Origin: Alphaproteobacteria bacterium
GTDB lineage: Bacteria; Pseudomonadota; Alphaproteobacteria; UBA7887
Length of the DNA stretch: 64,000 nucleotides
Direction of reading: 5' to 3'
Assembly (NCBI GenBank): GCA_965201155.1
Contig: OZ241752.1
Location: 328,755 to 392,754, forward strand
The translations under genes and the position numbers were made by a program. Within the stretch, counting starts at the first letter, position 1; each line of letters begins with the position of its first letter. Shown here piece by piece: positions 51,442 through 61,227 of the stretch. The notes below the pieces were generated by a model. The model was not told where the DNA came from and ran no database searches. It worked only from the letters and a program-made list of their open reading frames with translations.

Positions 51442-54189
51442 TTACGCGCTCTCGCCTGCACCGCCCTTGCTACTCGCTGAACGTCGTTTCGCCGTCGCTG
51501 CTTTGCCCCCGGAGGTGCTGCGTTTCGCCGCCGCCGTGCGCGTTGTTTTGGTTTTCCGCTTGGTTTTCGTTGCAGGCGATTTCGTGGACCTCGTTGATTT
51601 CTCCGACGTCGTCGATTTTTCGGAATTGGCCGCATCGCGTTTGCGGGTTGTTGATGCAGCCGTGGCGGCGCTGGCCTTGCGCCGTGATTTTCCTTTTGCC
51701 GCCGCCTTATCCGCGAGCAGTGGAAGCATATCCGCCAGCATCACCTGGTCAGGGTCCATGCCCCTCGGCACGCCGACGGAAACGCCTGCATGTTTGGCGT
51801 AGGGGCCATAGCGGCCTTCAAACAACCCCACATCCGCGCCGTCTTCAGGATGCACTCCAAGCACGCGAATCGGTTTGGCCGCGTTGCGCCGTCCGCGCAC
51901 CGGCTCCGCCAGCAAGGCCACGGCGCGATTCAGGCCGATGGTCAGCACGTCATCATTGTCGTCAAGGCGCCGTGACACACTGCCATGGCGCAGGAACGGC
52001 CCGAAACGGCCGATCGCCGCGCTGATCTTCTTTCCCGTTTCCGGATGCTTTCCGACTTCGCGCGGCAGCGAAAGCAGCTTCAAGGCGGTTTCCAGGTCCA
52101 GAGTCGCCGGGTCCATCCCCTTGGACAACCCGGCGCGCTTGGGCTTGCCGCCCTTTTCCGCCTCGCCGAGCTGGACATAGAATCCGTAAGGCCCCTTGCG
52201 AACCGTCACATCGACGCCCTCTGCATCCTGCCCCAGCAGCCGCGGCCCGTCCGGTGCCGCTTCGCCGTCCTCTGGCGCGGATGCCAACTGCCGCGTGTAA
52301 CGGCAATCGGGATAGTTTGAGCAGCCCACAAAAGCGCCGAACCCGCTGAATTTCAGGCTTAACTGCCCGTCGCTGCATCGCGGGCAGGCGCGCGGGTCGG
52401 CGCCGTCCTCGGACGGCGGAAACACATGCGGCGCCATCACCACGTTGATGCGGTCGAGAATCTCGCGCCGCCGCAATTCGCTGACATCGTTCACGGTAGC
52501 GGAGAAATCGGACCAGAATTCGCCCAGCACCCGCTTCCACTCGATATCGCCATTGGCGATTTCGTCAAGCTGGTCCTCCAGGCGCGCCGTAAAGTCATAG
52601 CGCACATAGGTTTCGAAGAAATTCGAGAGAAACACCGTCACCAGCCGCCCGCGGTCCTCGGGAACGAACCGCTTCTGGTTCAACGCCACATAGCCGCGAT
52701 CCTGGAGCACCGAGATGATATTGGCGTAGGTCGACGGACGCCCGATGCCCAGTTCCTCCATCTTGCGCACCAGCGACGCTTCGGTATAGCGTGGCGGCGG
52801 CTCCGTGAAGTGCTGGCGCGGCGTTACCTTGCCCGTCGACATGGCGTCGCCTTTCTCCATACGCGGCAAGCGCCTGTTTGCACCCTCATCTTCGGTCGCG
52901 TCGTCACGCCCCTCGGCATAGACCGCCAGAAACCCGGGAAAGGCAATCGTCGAGCCGTTGGCGCGGAGACCGGCGGCGCCGTCACCCGGGGCAAAATCAA
53001 CGCGCACCTGATCCACCTTGGCGTCCACCATCTGGCAAGCCATGGTACGCCGCCATATGAGGTCGTAGAGACGCCGTTCATCGGCCCCGATACGCGGATC
53101 TGAAAGCACGCGGTACGGGTCCGTCGGGCGGATCGCCTCATGCGCCTCCTGGGCATTCTTCGCTCTCGCTTGGTAGCGCCGCGGCTTGTCCGGCACATGG
53201 TCGGCGCCGTAGCGGTCCGTTATGGAACGCCGCACCGCAGCGATGGCTTCATGGGAAATGGTGACGGCGTCGGTCCGCATATAGGTGATAAGGCCGACCG
53301 TCTCGCCGCCAACATCGATGCCGTCATAGAGCCGCTGCGCCACCCGCATGGTGTGCCGGGCGCTGAAACCCAGCTTGCGCGAGGCCTCTTGCTGCAGTGT
53401 CGAGGTTGTGAAGGGCGGCGGCGGCCTGCGTCGTATCTGCTTGCGCTCGATATTGGCGGTGCTGAACTGCCGCGCTGCCACGATATCGACAGCCCGCTTC
53501 GCGCCAGCTTCATCGGCAAGGGTGAACTTGCTGAGCTTCCGCCCGTCGAGGCTGACAAGCCGCGCCGTGACCGGGTCGCCGCCCGGCGTCTTCAACTCCG
53601 CCGACACTGACCAGTATTCGCGCGGCTGAAATGCCTCGATCTCCATTTCCCGATCGACGATCAGGCGCAGGGCGACCGATTGCACGCGTCCGGCGGAACG
53701 GCTCCCGGGCATTTTTCGCCACAATACCGGCGACAACGTAAACCCCACCAGATAATCGAGCGCCCGTCGCGCCTGCTGGGCGTTCACCAGGTCCATATTG
53801 ATCCCGCGCGGCGTGCGCACCGCCTCGTTCACCGCGTCGCGAGTCACTTCATGAAACACCACGCGCTCCATGGCGAGCCTGCGCAGGCCGGGGCGGCGAT
53901 GAAGATAGTTTTGCACATGCCATGAAATCGCTTCGCCTTCGCGGTCGGGGTCGGTGGCCAGCAGCAGGCGTTTCGCGTCTCGCGCCGCATCGGCTATTGC
54001 CTTCAGGTGTTTGGCCGATTTCCCGTCGGTCACATATTCCATGGCGAAATCTTCGTCCGGGCGCACCGAGCCATCCTTCGGCGGCAGGTCGCAGATATGC
54101 CCGTATGTGGGCAGCACGGTGAAATTCGGCCCCAGATATTTCTCGATAGTTCGCGCTTTGGCCGGTGATTCGACCACCATCACTTCCAC
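51442..54189 (-). CDS. topA: DNA topoisomerase I
   Basis: The VVESPAKARTIEKYLG TOPRIM start, a Zn-ribbon region (CPRCSDGQL), and a Lys/Ala/Ser-rich basic C-terminal tail. 915 aa. Confidence 0.95.
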   Translation of the reverse strand: MEVMVVESPAKARTIEKYLGPNFTVLPTYGHICDLPPKDGSVRPDEDFAMEYVTDGKSAKHLKAIADAARDAKRLLLATDPDREGEAISWHVQNYLHRRPGLRRLAMERVVFHEVTRDAVNEAVRTPRGINMDLVNAQQARRALDYLVGFTLSPVLWRKMPGSRSAGRVQSVALRLIVDREMEIEAFQPREYWSVSAELKTPGGDPVTARLVSLDGRKLSKFTLADEAGAKRAVDIVAARQFSTANIERKQIRRRPPPPFTTSTLQQEASRKLGFSARHTMRVAQRLYDGIDVGGETVGLITYMRTDAVTISHEAIAAVRRSITDRYGADHVPDKPRRYQARAKNAQEAHEAIRPTDPYRVLSDPRIGADERRLYDLIWRRTMACQMVDAKVDQVRVDFAPGDGAAGLRANGSTIAFPGFLAVYAEGRDDATEDEGANRRLPRMEKGDAMSTGKVTPRQHFTEPPPRYTEASLVRKMEELGIGRPSTYANIISVLQDRGYVALNQKRFVPEDRGRLVTVFLSNFFETYVRYDFTARLEDQLDEIANGDIEWKRVLGEFWSDFSATVNDVSELRRREILDRINVVMAPHVFPPSEDGADPRACPRCSDGQLSLKFSGFGAFVGCSNYPDCRYTRQLASAPEDGEAAPDGPRLLGQDAEGVDVTVRKGPYGFYVQLGEAEKGGKPKRAGLSKGMDPATLDLETALKLLSLPREVGKHPETGKKISAAIGRFGPFLRHGSVSRRLDDNDDVLTIGLNRAVALLAEPVRGRRNAAKPIRVLGVHPEDGADVGLFEGRYGPYAKHAGVSVGVPRGMDPDQVMLADMLPLLADKAAAKGKSRRKASAATAASTTRKRDAANSEKSTTSEKSTRSTKSPATKTKRKTKTTRTAAAKRSTSGGKAATAKRRSASSKGGAGESA

Positions 54190-54252
54190 CGCGCAGTCCT
54201 CCGTTTTCGATTGTTGTGGGGCGCATCACACGACGCGCGGCGGCGCGCGAAC

Positions 54253-55410
54253 TTACGCTGCCGCCGATACCGCCCCGGAGCCGTTGCGCACCAGCCGGCC
54301 CGCAAGTTCCAGTTCAAGAATGATTACCATGACCTCTGACGCCGGCAAGTGGCACTGCCGAACCAGTTCGTCAATACCCACCGGCGTCGGGCTTAACGCC
54401 CCCAGCACTGTGGCGCGGCGCGCGTCTTCGCCGCCGGCGGGCAGTCCGTCCCCGGGGGCGGCGGGCAGCGGCGGTGCTGGAGCAGCCAGCGGCAGCACCA
54501 GCCGCGGTCCCAGCGCGTCGACAATGTCGGCGACAGACTCGGTCAGCACCGCGCCGTCGCGCAATAGCCCATTGGTGCCGCGATGGCGCGGGTCAAGCGG
54601 CGAACCGGGAACCGCAAACACTTCCCGTCCCTGCTCTGCCGCAACGCGAGCCGTGATCAGGCTGCCGGAACGCGGCATCGCCTCCACCACTACGACACCC
54701 AGCGACAAGCCGGAAATGATGCGGTTGCGGCGTGGAAAATGGCGCGCCGTGGGACGGGCGCCGAATGGTTGTTCGCTGAGTACCGCGCCGGTATCCGCAA
54801 TCTGCCGGTAAAGTGGATCGTTTTCCGGCGGATAAACCACGTCGACGCCGCCGGCCACCACCGCCGCGGTGCCGGTTTTCAGGGCTCCGAGATGCGCTTG
54901 CGAGTCGATGCCGCGCGCCAACCCTGACACCACCGCGTAGCCCGCCTTGCCCAGTTCCGCCGCCAGCCCGCGGGCGAAGCGCCCGCCGGCGCCCGAAGCA
55001 TTGCGCGCACCGACGACGGCAATCATGTCTTGCCGCAACAGCGCCGCCCGACCCACGACACTGATGATCGGCGGCGGGTCCGCAATCGCTGCCAGCGGGC
55101 GCGGATAGTCCGGCTCGCAAGATGCCAGCAGGCGCCCGCCGGCTGCGGCAAGCCGGTCGCGTTCTCGTTCGGCCTGCCCGCGCGAACAAACCACTACCTT
55201 CCGGCGCAAACCGCCGCGGCGGGCAAATTCCGGCAGGCGCTCAAGCGCCGTCCCGGCACTGCCCGTAAGTTGCAGCAGGTCGGAAAATGCACGCGGGCCG
55301 ATATTCTCGCTGCGCCACAGGCGCAGCCAGTCCAAGCGTTCTTCATCGGAAAGTTCGCGCGGTGCGTCATCCATCGGCCCAAGGTGGCGTTGGCGTGCAC
55401 GTCGTGTCAA
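54253..55410 (-). CDS. dprA: DNA-processing protein DprA (Smf)
   Basis: Rossmann-like DprA core (…AVVGARNASGAG…VVSGLARGID…). 385 aa. Confidence 0.8.
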   Translation of the reverse strand: MTRRARQRHLGPMDDAPRELSDEERLDWLRLWRSENIGPRAFSDLLQLTGSAGTALERLPEFARRGGLRRKVVVCSRGQAERERDRLAAAGGRLLASCEPDYPRPLAAIADPPPIISVVGRAALLRQDMIAVVGARNASGAGGRFARGLAAELGKAGYAVVSGLARGIDSQAHLGALKTGTAAVVAGGVDVVYPPENDPLYRQIADTGAVLSEQPFGARPTARHFPRRNRIISGLSLGVVVVEAMPRSGSLITARVAAEQGREVFAVPGSPLDPRHRGTNGLLRDGAVLTESVADIVDALGPRLVLPLAAPAPPLPAAPGDGLPAGGEDARRATVLGALSPTPVGIDELVRQCHLPASEVMVIILELELAGRLVRNGSGAVSAAA

Positions 55411-55610
55411 CTATCGCGCGCCGACGGGCGTGACGAGGCTTTACGCCAGAGGGATTTACGGATAGTCTCAATAAAGTTGCGCACGATGTTGCGGTGTGCG
55501 CAGGGCAATCGGCCTTGAGCATGCCTCGCAAGGGCGCGGCTGCCGGCCGAATGGCGGCCGGCGTCCTTGACTGGAATGGATCGTTAAACGCACCGAAGGG
55601 AGGAGCCGCA

Positions 55611-57122
55611 ATGTCGTCATGGCTCAGTGAACGTGAGCAACGGCTTGTGGAAGGCGCCGAGAGTCTCGAATTCGACTCTCCTGTACCAACGCAAATCGTT
55701 TCCAACGGCGAGTATGTCCCGCCAAAGCAGTCCACGAAACAAAAGCAGGTCGAAGCGCGCATCAAGGAATTGGCGGAAGAAAACGCCAAATACCTGGGCA
55801 TGTCCCGGCGCCAGTTCCTGCAAACCAGTTGCGGCATGGCCACCGCCTTCCTGGCGATGAAGGAAGTCTATGGCACTGATGCCTTCCGCGTCAGCGACGC
55901 CGAGGCCCGCGACCCGGAAATGATGCTGGAACGCGCCAACGCGCTGTCCGGCCAGTTCATTTTCGACGACCAGACACACTTCCTGCGCGACGATTTCGCC
56001 CACGAAGCCATTCTCGGCCTGGGTGAGTTCGCTGCTGAGCACTGGAATCCCAAGCTCAAGGAAGAAGGCGTTACGCTGGAGCGCTACAAATTCGAGAACT
56101 ATATCCGGGAACTCTGGTACAATAGTGACACCAAGATGGCCCTGTTGAGCGGCGCGCCGTTTGACGACCCGACCTGGTGGCTGTTGCACAATGACCAGAT
56201 CGTGCGTGCGCGCGACATGGTCAACGACTTCGCTGGCTCGACCCGTATGCTCGGCCACGCCGTCATCACACCTGGCCAGCCCGGCTGGATGGAAGAAGCC
56301 GAACGGGCGATGGACGAATTGAAGCCGAATTCGTGGAAGTCCTACACGATCGGCGACCCGCTTGCTCCGTCGAAATATCCTTGGCGGCTCGATGATGAAG
56401 ACCTGATGTACCCCTTCTACGAAAAATCGCTGAAGGCGGGCATCAACACGATCTGCATCCACAAGGGCTTGCTGCCGGTCGATTACGAACGCTCGTTCCG
56501 TGGCGTTTGGGAATATGCGACTTGCTGGGACATCGGCAAGGCCGCGCAGGACTGGCCGGAAATGAACTTCGTGATCTATCATTCCGCGCTGCGCGCCTTC
56601 CTCGAACTTCCCGACCAGATGTGGGATGCGTTCCAGGCTACCGGCGAGATGAAGTGGGCCGACGAACTCGTCCGCATTCCGGAAGAATTCGGCGTCAACA
56701 ATGTCTATGGCGAGCTGGGCACCACCTTCGCCAACTCCGCCGTCGCGCATCCACGCTTCTCCGCAGCGTTCGTCGGCTCGCTCGTCAAGGGCCTCGGCGC
56801 CGACCACGTGGTCTGGGGCAGCGACACGGTGTGGTATGGTTCGCCGCAATGGCAGATCGAAGCAATGCGCCGCCTGGAAGTGCCGGAGGACATGCAGGAA
56901 AAATATGACCTGCCGTCCCTCGGCGGACCGAACAGCCTGACCAAACAGGCGATCTTCGGCCTCAACTCCGCGCGTATCTACAATCTCGACATGGATAGCG
57001 CGACCAACCAGCCGAAGCTGCCGGACTTCTCGAACGACCGCATCGGTGAGTTGGCACAGGCCTTCCGTGAATCCGGCGAGGGACCGAGCAACAAGCGCTA
57101 CGGCTACGTGCGCCGCGCCTAG
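55611..57122 (+). CDS. Amidohydrolase-2 (PF04909-like) family metal-dependent hydrolase with a twin-arginine motif
   Basis: A strong RBS (GGGAGGAG) precedes the ATG at 55611. The SRRQFLQTSCGMATAFLAM TAT-like motif lies at residues ~64-82; an alternative ATG at 55800 would place it N-terminal. TIM-barrel hydrolase hallmarks (…ICIHKG…VIYHSA…VVWGSDTVW…). Confidence 0.65.
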   Translation: MSSWLSEREQRLVEGAESLEFDSPVPTQIVSNGEYVPPKQSTKQKQVEARIKELAEENAKYLGMSRRQFLQTSCGMATAFLAMKEVYGTDAFRVSDAEARDPEMMLERANALSGQFIFDDQTHFLRDDFAHEAILGLGEFAAEHWNPKLKEEGVTLERYKFENYIRELWYNSDTKMALLSGAPFDDPTWWLLHNDQIVRARDMVNDFAGSTRMLGHAVITPGQPGWMEEAERAMDELKPNSWKSYTIGDPLAPSKYPWRLDDEDLMYPFYEKSLKAGINTICIHKGLLPVDYERSFRGVWEYATCWDIGKAAQDWPEMNFVIYHSALRAFLELPDQMWDAFQATGEMKWADELVRIPEEFGVNNVYGELGTTFANSAVAHPRFSAAFVGSLVKGLGADHVVWGSDTVWYGSPQWQIEAMRRLEVPEDMQEKYDLPSLGGPNSLTKQAIFGLNSARIYNLDMDSATNQPKLPDFSNDRIGELAQAFRESGEGPSNKRYGYVRRA

Positions 57123-57174
57123 CCCGCGCTGCGCCGCTCGCGCCCATTGGGCGCGCGGCAAACTCGACAGCCGT

Positions 57175-57220
57175 GGAAAGGGGGCCGCAACTTGCCACCC
57201 CCTTTCCCGGCTTTCATTTG
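57175..57220 (+). terminator. Hairpin (ggaaaggggg…ccccctttcc) plus a T-rich tract downstream of the amidohydrolase gene
   Basis: 10-bp stem, 13-nt loop, followed by cggctttcatttg. Confidence 0.4.
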
Positions 57221-57253
57221 CTGTATCAGCCAAAATCTCGAAGGAGAAGACAT

Positions 57254-57784
57254 ATGCGATTGGCACGTCACCTTGGTGCTGCAATGGTCGCCGCCGCAAT
57301 CGGTTTCGGCGCTGCAGCCGCGGGCGCCGCCGACGTGATGACCATCAACGCCGAGAAGGCTCGGCTCTACTTTGGCGGTCTCTACCCCTATTACTCCCTC
57401 TATCTGAAGGGAATCCCGGAAGACCTCGAAGACAACTGGGTGCAGGCGTCGCACTATGCAGTGCTCGACGTGCATGGCGGCCCGGAAGCCGGGCAAAGCG
57501 TGGTGGCCCTTCTCACCCCCACCAGCGGTGCCAGCCCGCAACCCGAATGGTGCGTAACCGAGGGCGCCGGCGAATTTGGCGGTCACGGTCCCGTGTGCAT
57601 CAACACCGATGCACCCAAATCGATGAATCAGCTTCGGTTCAAGATCAGGGCGCAATATGCCGACGCTTCGGTCGACCTGCCGGCAGAGTTTCAGGATCGC
57701 GTTTGGGCAGAATATCCCGAACTCCCCGGCCGCCGCGAGAGCGAAGTGTTCGGCCCCGTCGACCTTCACATCATCCTGGACTGA
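57254..57784 (+). CDS. Hypothetical secreted protein (176 aa), function unknown
   Basis: RBS AAGGAGAAG precedes the ATG at 57254. Signal peptide MRLARHLGAAMVAAAIGFGAAAAGAAD. Two Cys residues (CVTEGAGEFGGHGPVC). Followed by a strong intrinsic terminator. Confidence 0.5.
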   Translation: MRLARHLGAAMVAAAIGFGAAAAGAADVMTINAEKARLYFGGLYPYYSLYLKGIPEDLEDNWVQASHYAVLDVHGGPEAGQSVVALLTPTSGASPQPEWCVTEGAGEFGGHGPVCINTDAPKSMNQLRFKIRAQYADASVDLPAEFQDRVWAEYPELPGRRESEVFGPVDLHIILD

Positions 57785-57818
57785 CAGCGCCTCGGCACCC
57801 CCCACCCCACCCCTGACC

Positions 57819-57856
57819 CAGCGCGGCGGCCCCCCAGGACCGCCGCGCTTTTTTTG
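57819..57856. terminator. Rho-independent terminator (agcgcggcggcc-ccccca-ggaccgccgcgct + TTTTTTT)
   Basis: 12-bp GC-rich stem followed by a 7-T run, read directly from the sequence. It lies between convergent genes (57254-57784 on + and 58066-60264 on -). Confidence 0.7.
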
Positions 57857-58065
57857 TCAGCGATACGCCGGCGCAGGGGCTTGTCCCATGCCGCTGCCGG
57901 GCGACTCGCTTTACTCCCACAGGGCGTCCGACCTGGCGCTTCTGTCAGAGGCCGCGCCAGCCAGATGTCCGAAAGGACATGAACAAGAAGTGTCGATGCA
58001 TTTGCCCGCTGGATAGACCAACACCCGCATACCGAAATACCGCCGCCATTCTGCTCAGCCCCTCA

Positions 58066-60264
58066 TCATTCGGCAGGCGCAGCAGGAGTCAGTGCTTCCA
58101 ACCGCTTGCGCGTGGCAACCAAAGGCGGGCATTGGTGGTCATCGTAATAGGTCACCTGGCAGTCCAGACAATAGAAGCATTCATTCATGTCGATACGGCC
58201 GCTGCGGCGGATCGCCCCCGTGGGGCACACCACCTCGCAGCGATGACAGGGATTGCCGCATTCCGCCCGGCGCTTGAGCCAGTCAAACATGCGAACGCGC
58301 CCAAGAATGGCCAGACCCGCCCCCAGCGGACACACAAACCGGCAATAAAACCGCTCTACAAACAAGCCGATTGTCAGCAACCCCACCGCATACGCCACCG
58401 CTGCGGCAGGCGCATCGAACCGGAATATGATCGCCGTCTTGAACGGCTCCACATTCGACCCCGCCATCGCCAGATCGTACGCAAAGAAGGTCAGCACCAG
58501 CAGCCCCAGAAAGATCACATATTTCACCGCAAACAGCCGTTCCTGAAGCTGGTCAGGAATGCGAATCTGCGGCACTTTCAGCGCCACCGCCGCCTTGTTG
58601 AGAAGCTCCTGCAGGGCGCCGAACGGGCACAGCCAGCCGCAGAAAATCGCCCGCCCCCACAGGAACAACAGCACGAACACGAACGCCGTCAGAATGAAAA
58701 TCAGCGGCTCGACCATGAAGAACGCCCAGACAAAACCGCTCTCCAGCGACTGCGCGATATTCAACAGGCCGATCACCGTAAGCTGCGCACCCGCATACCA
58801 ACCCAGCCAGCCAAGCACCCACGCCAGAAACGCTATGCGAACCCAGCGATGCAGCGCTCGATGCCGGGAAATCACATCCTGCAGCGACAGGATCAACAGC
58901 AGCACGCCGAGCGTGACTGCGAGAATGAGGATCCGGTCCTGGTTCGATTCCCAGATCGGACGCCAGTCCGGGCCGTCCATGAGCATCCCCGCGCCGCCTG
59001 CTGTTTCCGGGTCGGGTTCCGGTTCAGGCGCCGGCTCCGGCAACAGCACGCGCTCCGGCACACGATATTCCAGCGGCACGGCAACGGTCGCCGGTATATC
59101 CTTGCGCGTGTCGCCCTCAATGATCAGTTCAAAGCGCCAGGGCTTGCCGGGGTCCAGGCCGTGTTGCGGCGAATAGAAGAACAGGCCGCGCTCCACCATG
59201 TCCGGCGCGTCCTTGGCGTGATGGAAGGGCAGTGTTTTCAGAAACTCGGGGCCGAAGGGCATCTCCTGTCCATCCTGCAGAAAACGCAGGCGGGCAAATT
59301 GCTCCGGCTGGTCCGCAACCGGATCCTGAAACCCGAAGGCGCCGTCGGTCGCCACGAACAGGATGAGATCGTCTATCCCCCGCCCGGACACATACTGGTC
59401 CCACCACGTGCGGCCCAGAATGTTGATCCCGATCGCCGGCGGCGACACCACCGCTACATACAAATCCACATAAGGGTCTTCATCCGGCGACAGGCGCACC
59501 TTTCTGGGAGGACGAACATCCGGTACGGCTTCGAAGGCGGCAGCAACGTCGCCCACCGTCAGCCGCAGCGCGCCGACTGAGCCTTCCTCGATCAATTCCG
59601 GCCAGGTGCGTGGTTCGAACGTGTCGAAATCGACGTTGCGCCGCGGCAAGGGCTGACTCAGCGAGATACCGCGGCTGCGCGCTACCGCGCGCGCAGCGCG
59701 AATGATCGAATCGCTGAACAATATCGAGCTGGTTGTCGTCCGCGACACGGCGTCAACCGGGATCAGGCCCGACACATCACCGGCGGTGCCGCGCATGGCA
59801 AACTTCGCGCCCTCCTCAGCCGCACCTGACAGGGCAAGCACAATGCTTATGCCCCGGCGCACATCGATGCCCGGAAATTGGGTGAGATAGTGATGAAAAT
59901 CATCGTCGGTAATACCGAGAATCGCGATCGGCTCCACATGCATGGTGAGCCGCGCGCCGGCAATCCGCCCGTCCAGCCCAAGCCCTACCACCAGGTGAAA
60001 CGGTCGCTTCGAGTATCCGACCCCCTCCACCACATCATATTGCTCATAGATATAGCCAATGATTTCGCCGTCTTTCAGCGCTGCGGCAGCCGGCGGCTCA
60101 CCTTCGACGGGGCCGAAGGAGTCCGCTTCGGGGAATACAAGTTCCAGCAGCCCGGCGTCGAGATAACCCTCGAGGTTCGTTGCAGCAGGCTCTTCCTGTC
60201 CAGCAGCCGCGCCTGCTGCCGCCAATGCCGCCGCCATCAAGAACCGAAACCAGACTGCCCCCAT
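58066..60264 (-). CDS. NosR/NirI-family membrane-bound FMN-binding iron-sulfur protein
   Basis: Start reset to the ATG at 60264 (RBS AGGAGG). Signal peptide, large periplasmic N-domain, ~6 TM helices with CX3CP motifs (CPFGALQELL, CPLGAGLAI), and a C-terminal 2x[4Fe-4S] ferredoxin (CGNPCHRCEVVCP…CFYCLDCQ). Confidence 0.75.
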   Translation of the reverse strand: MGAVWFRFLMAAALAAAGAAAGQEEPAATNLEGYLDAGLLELVFPEADSFGPVEGEPPAAAALKDGEIIGYIYEQYDVVEGVGYSKRPFHLVVGLGLDGRIAGARLTMHVEPIAILGITDDDFHHYLTQFPGIDVRRGISIVLALSGAAEEGAKFAMRGTAGDVSGLIPVDAVSRTTTSSILFSDSIIRAARAVARSRGISLSQPLPRRNVDFDTFEPRTWPELIEEGSVGALRLTVGDVAAAFEAVPDVRPPRKVRLSPDEDPYVDLYVAVVSPPAIGINILGRTWWDQYVSGRGIDDLILFVATDGAFGFQDPVADQPEQFARLRFLQDGQEMPFGPEFLKTLPFHHAKDAPDMVERGLFFYSPQHGLDPGKPWRFELIIEGDTRKDIPATVAVPLEYRVPERVLLPEPAPEPEPDPETAGGAGMLMDGPDWRPIWESNQDRILILAVTLGVLLLILSLQDVISRHRALHRWVRIAFLAWVLGWLGWYAGAQLTVIGLLNIAQSLESGFVWAFFMVEPLIFILTAFVFVLLFLWGRAIFCGWLCPFGALQELLNKAAVALKVPQIRIPDQLQERLFAVKYVIFLGLLVLTFFAYDLAMAGSNVEPFKTAIIFRFDAPAAAVAYAVGLLTIGLFVERFYCRFVCPLGAGLAILGRVRMFDWLKRRAECGNPCHRCEVVCPTGAIRRSGRIDMNECFYCLDCQVTYYDDHQCPPLVATRKRLEALTPAAPAE

Positions 60265-60392
60265 CAGAACCCTCCTGTGATGCCGCACTGCTCGCCTTTC
60301 CGGCTCGCCCGCACTAATGTTTCGCGCCCTTGCGTTCAATGCAACCGCGCGGCTAGCTTTGGCATTCGGACGAGATTACGACAACGGGGGAA

Positions 60393-61157
60393 ATGTTGGC
60401 CATGCGCCCGACCATTCGCTGCCTCGTCGTGTTTTCTGTCGCCTTGGTAGCCGCGGCAGGCGCCTTGGCGCAATCGCCGGAATTGCGCGCCAAGCATATG
60501 CGCGTGATGCAACTCTACGCCACCGGACATAACGAGGAAGCCGCCATCGTCGCGCGCGAGGCGCTGGACCTTGGAATCGGAGAATTCGGCGAGGTTCATC
60601 CCAGCACCGCCGCGCTGATGGTCAATCTGGCCGACCTGCACGCTGTGCTGGAAGAATGGCCGGAAGCGGAAACACTTTTCCGCCGCGCTGCCGCCGTCCG
60701 CACCGAAACGCTCGGCGCGACGCACCCCGATACCGGCGCCGCTCATGCCGGCCTGGGAGACGCGCTGGCCCGCCAGGAACGTTTCGGCGAGGCCGAAACC
60801 AGCTATTGGAATGCACTGCACGCATTGGGGGTGGAAGTCGCACGCAATGTCCATGTGGTGGATGAAATTAGCCTGCGCGCCGGCCTTTATCGCGCGCGGG
60901 CACTCTACTACCGTGCCCACCAATACGCCGCCGCCGACCGGCTCGACGAAGCGGAACTGATTTACCAGAGCGTCATTGCCGTGTTCGAGGCGAACGCCAC
61001 CGTCGACCGCTCGGAAGTCGTCGCCGCCTTGGGTGCGCGCGCCGCGCTGCTGCGAAAGCTGGGCCGGGATAGTGAAGCCCTCGAACTCGAACAATACGCC
61101 CAGGCTGTGAATGAGGGCCGGGCAAGCTGCCCGGCCGGGCTTTTCACCGTGTGCTGA
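60393..61157 (+). CDS. Secreted tetratricopeptide-repeat (TPR) protein
   Basis: Signal peptide MLAMRPTIRCLVVFSVALVAAAGALAQS followed by ~4 TPR-like helix pairs. Confidence 0.55.
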   Translation: MLAMRPTIRCLVVFSVALVAAAGALAQSPELRAKHMRVMQLYATGHNEEAAIVAREALDLGIGEFGEVHPSTAALMVNLADLHAVLEEWPEAETLFRRAAAVRTETLGATHPDTGAAHAGLGDALARQERFGEAETSYWNALHALGVEVARNVHVVDEISLRAGLYRARALYYRAHQYAAADRLDEAELIYQSVIAVFEANATVDRSEVVAALGARAALLRKLGRDSEALELEQYAQAVNEGRASCPAGLFTVC

Positions 61158-61227
61158 CTGCACGATCATCGAACCGGGGCGCCACCGGGCGGAAAGCGGG
61201 AATCCACGATGCTACTTCGATGTTGCC

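Noticed and set aside
55617-57299. 560-aa minus-strand ORF antisense to the amidohydrolase gene
   Set aside because: The sense-strand gene has a strong RBS, TAT motif and TIM-barrel hydrolase motifs. The antisense translation has no features.
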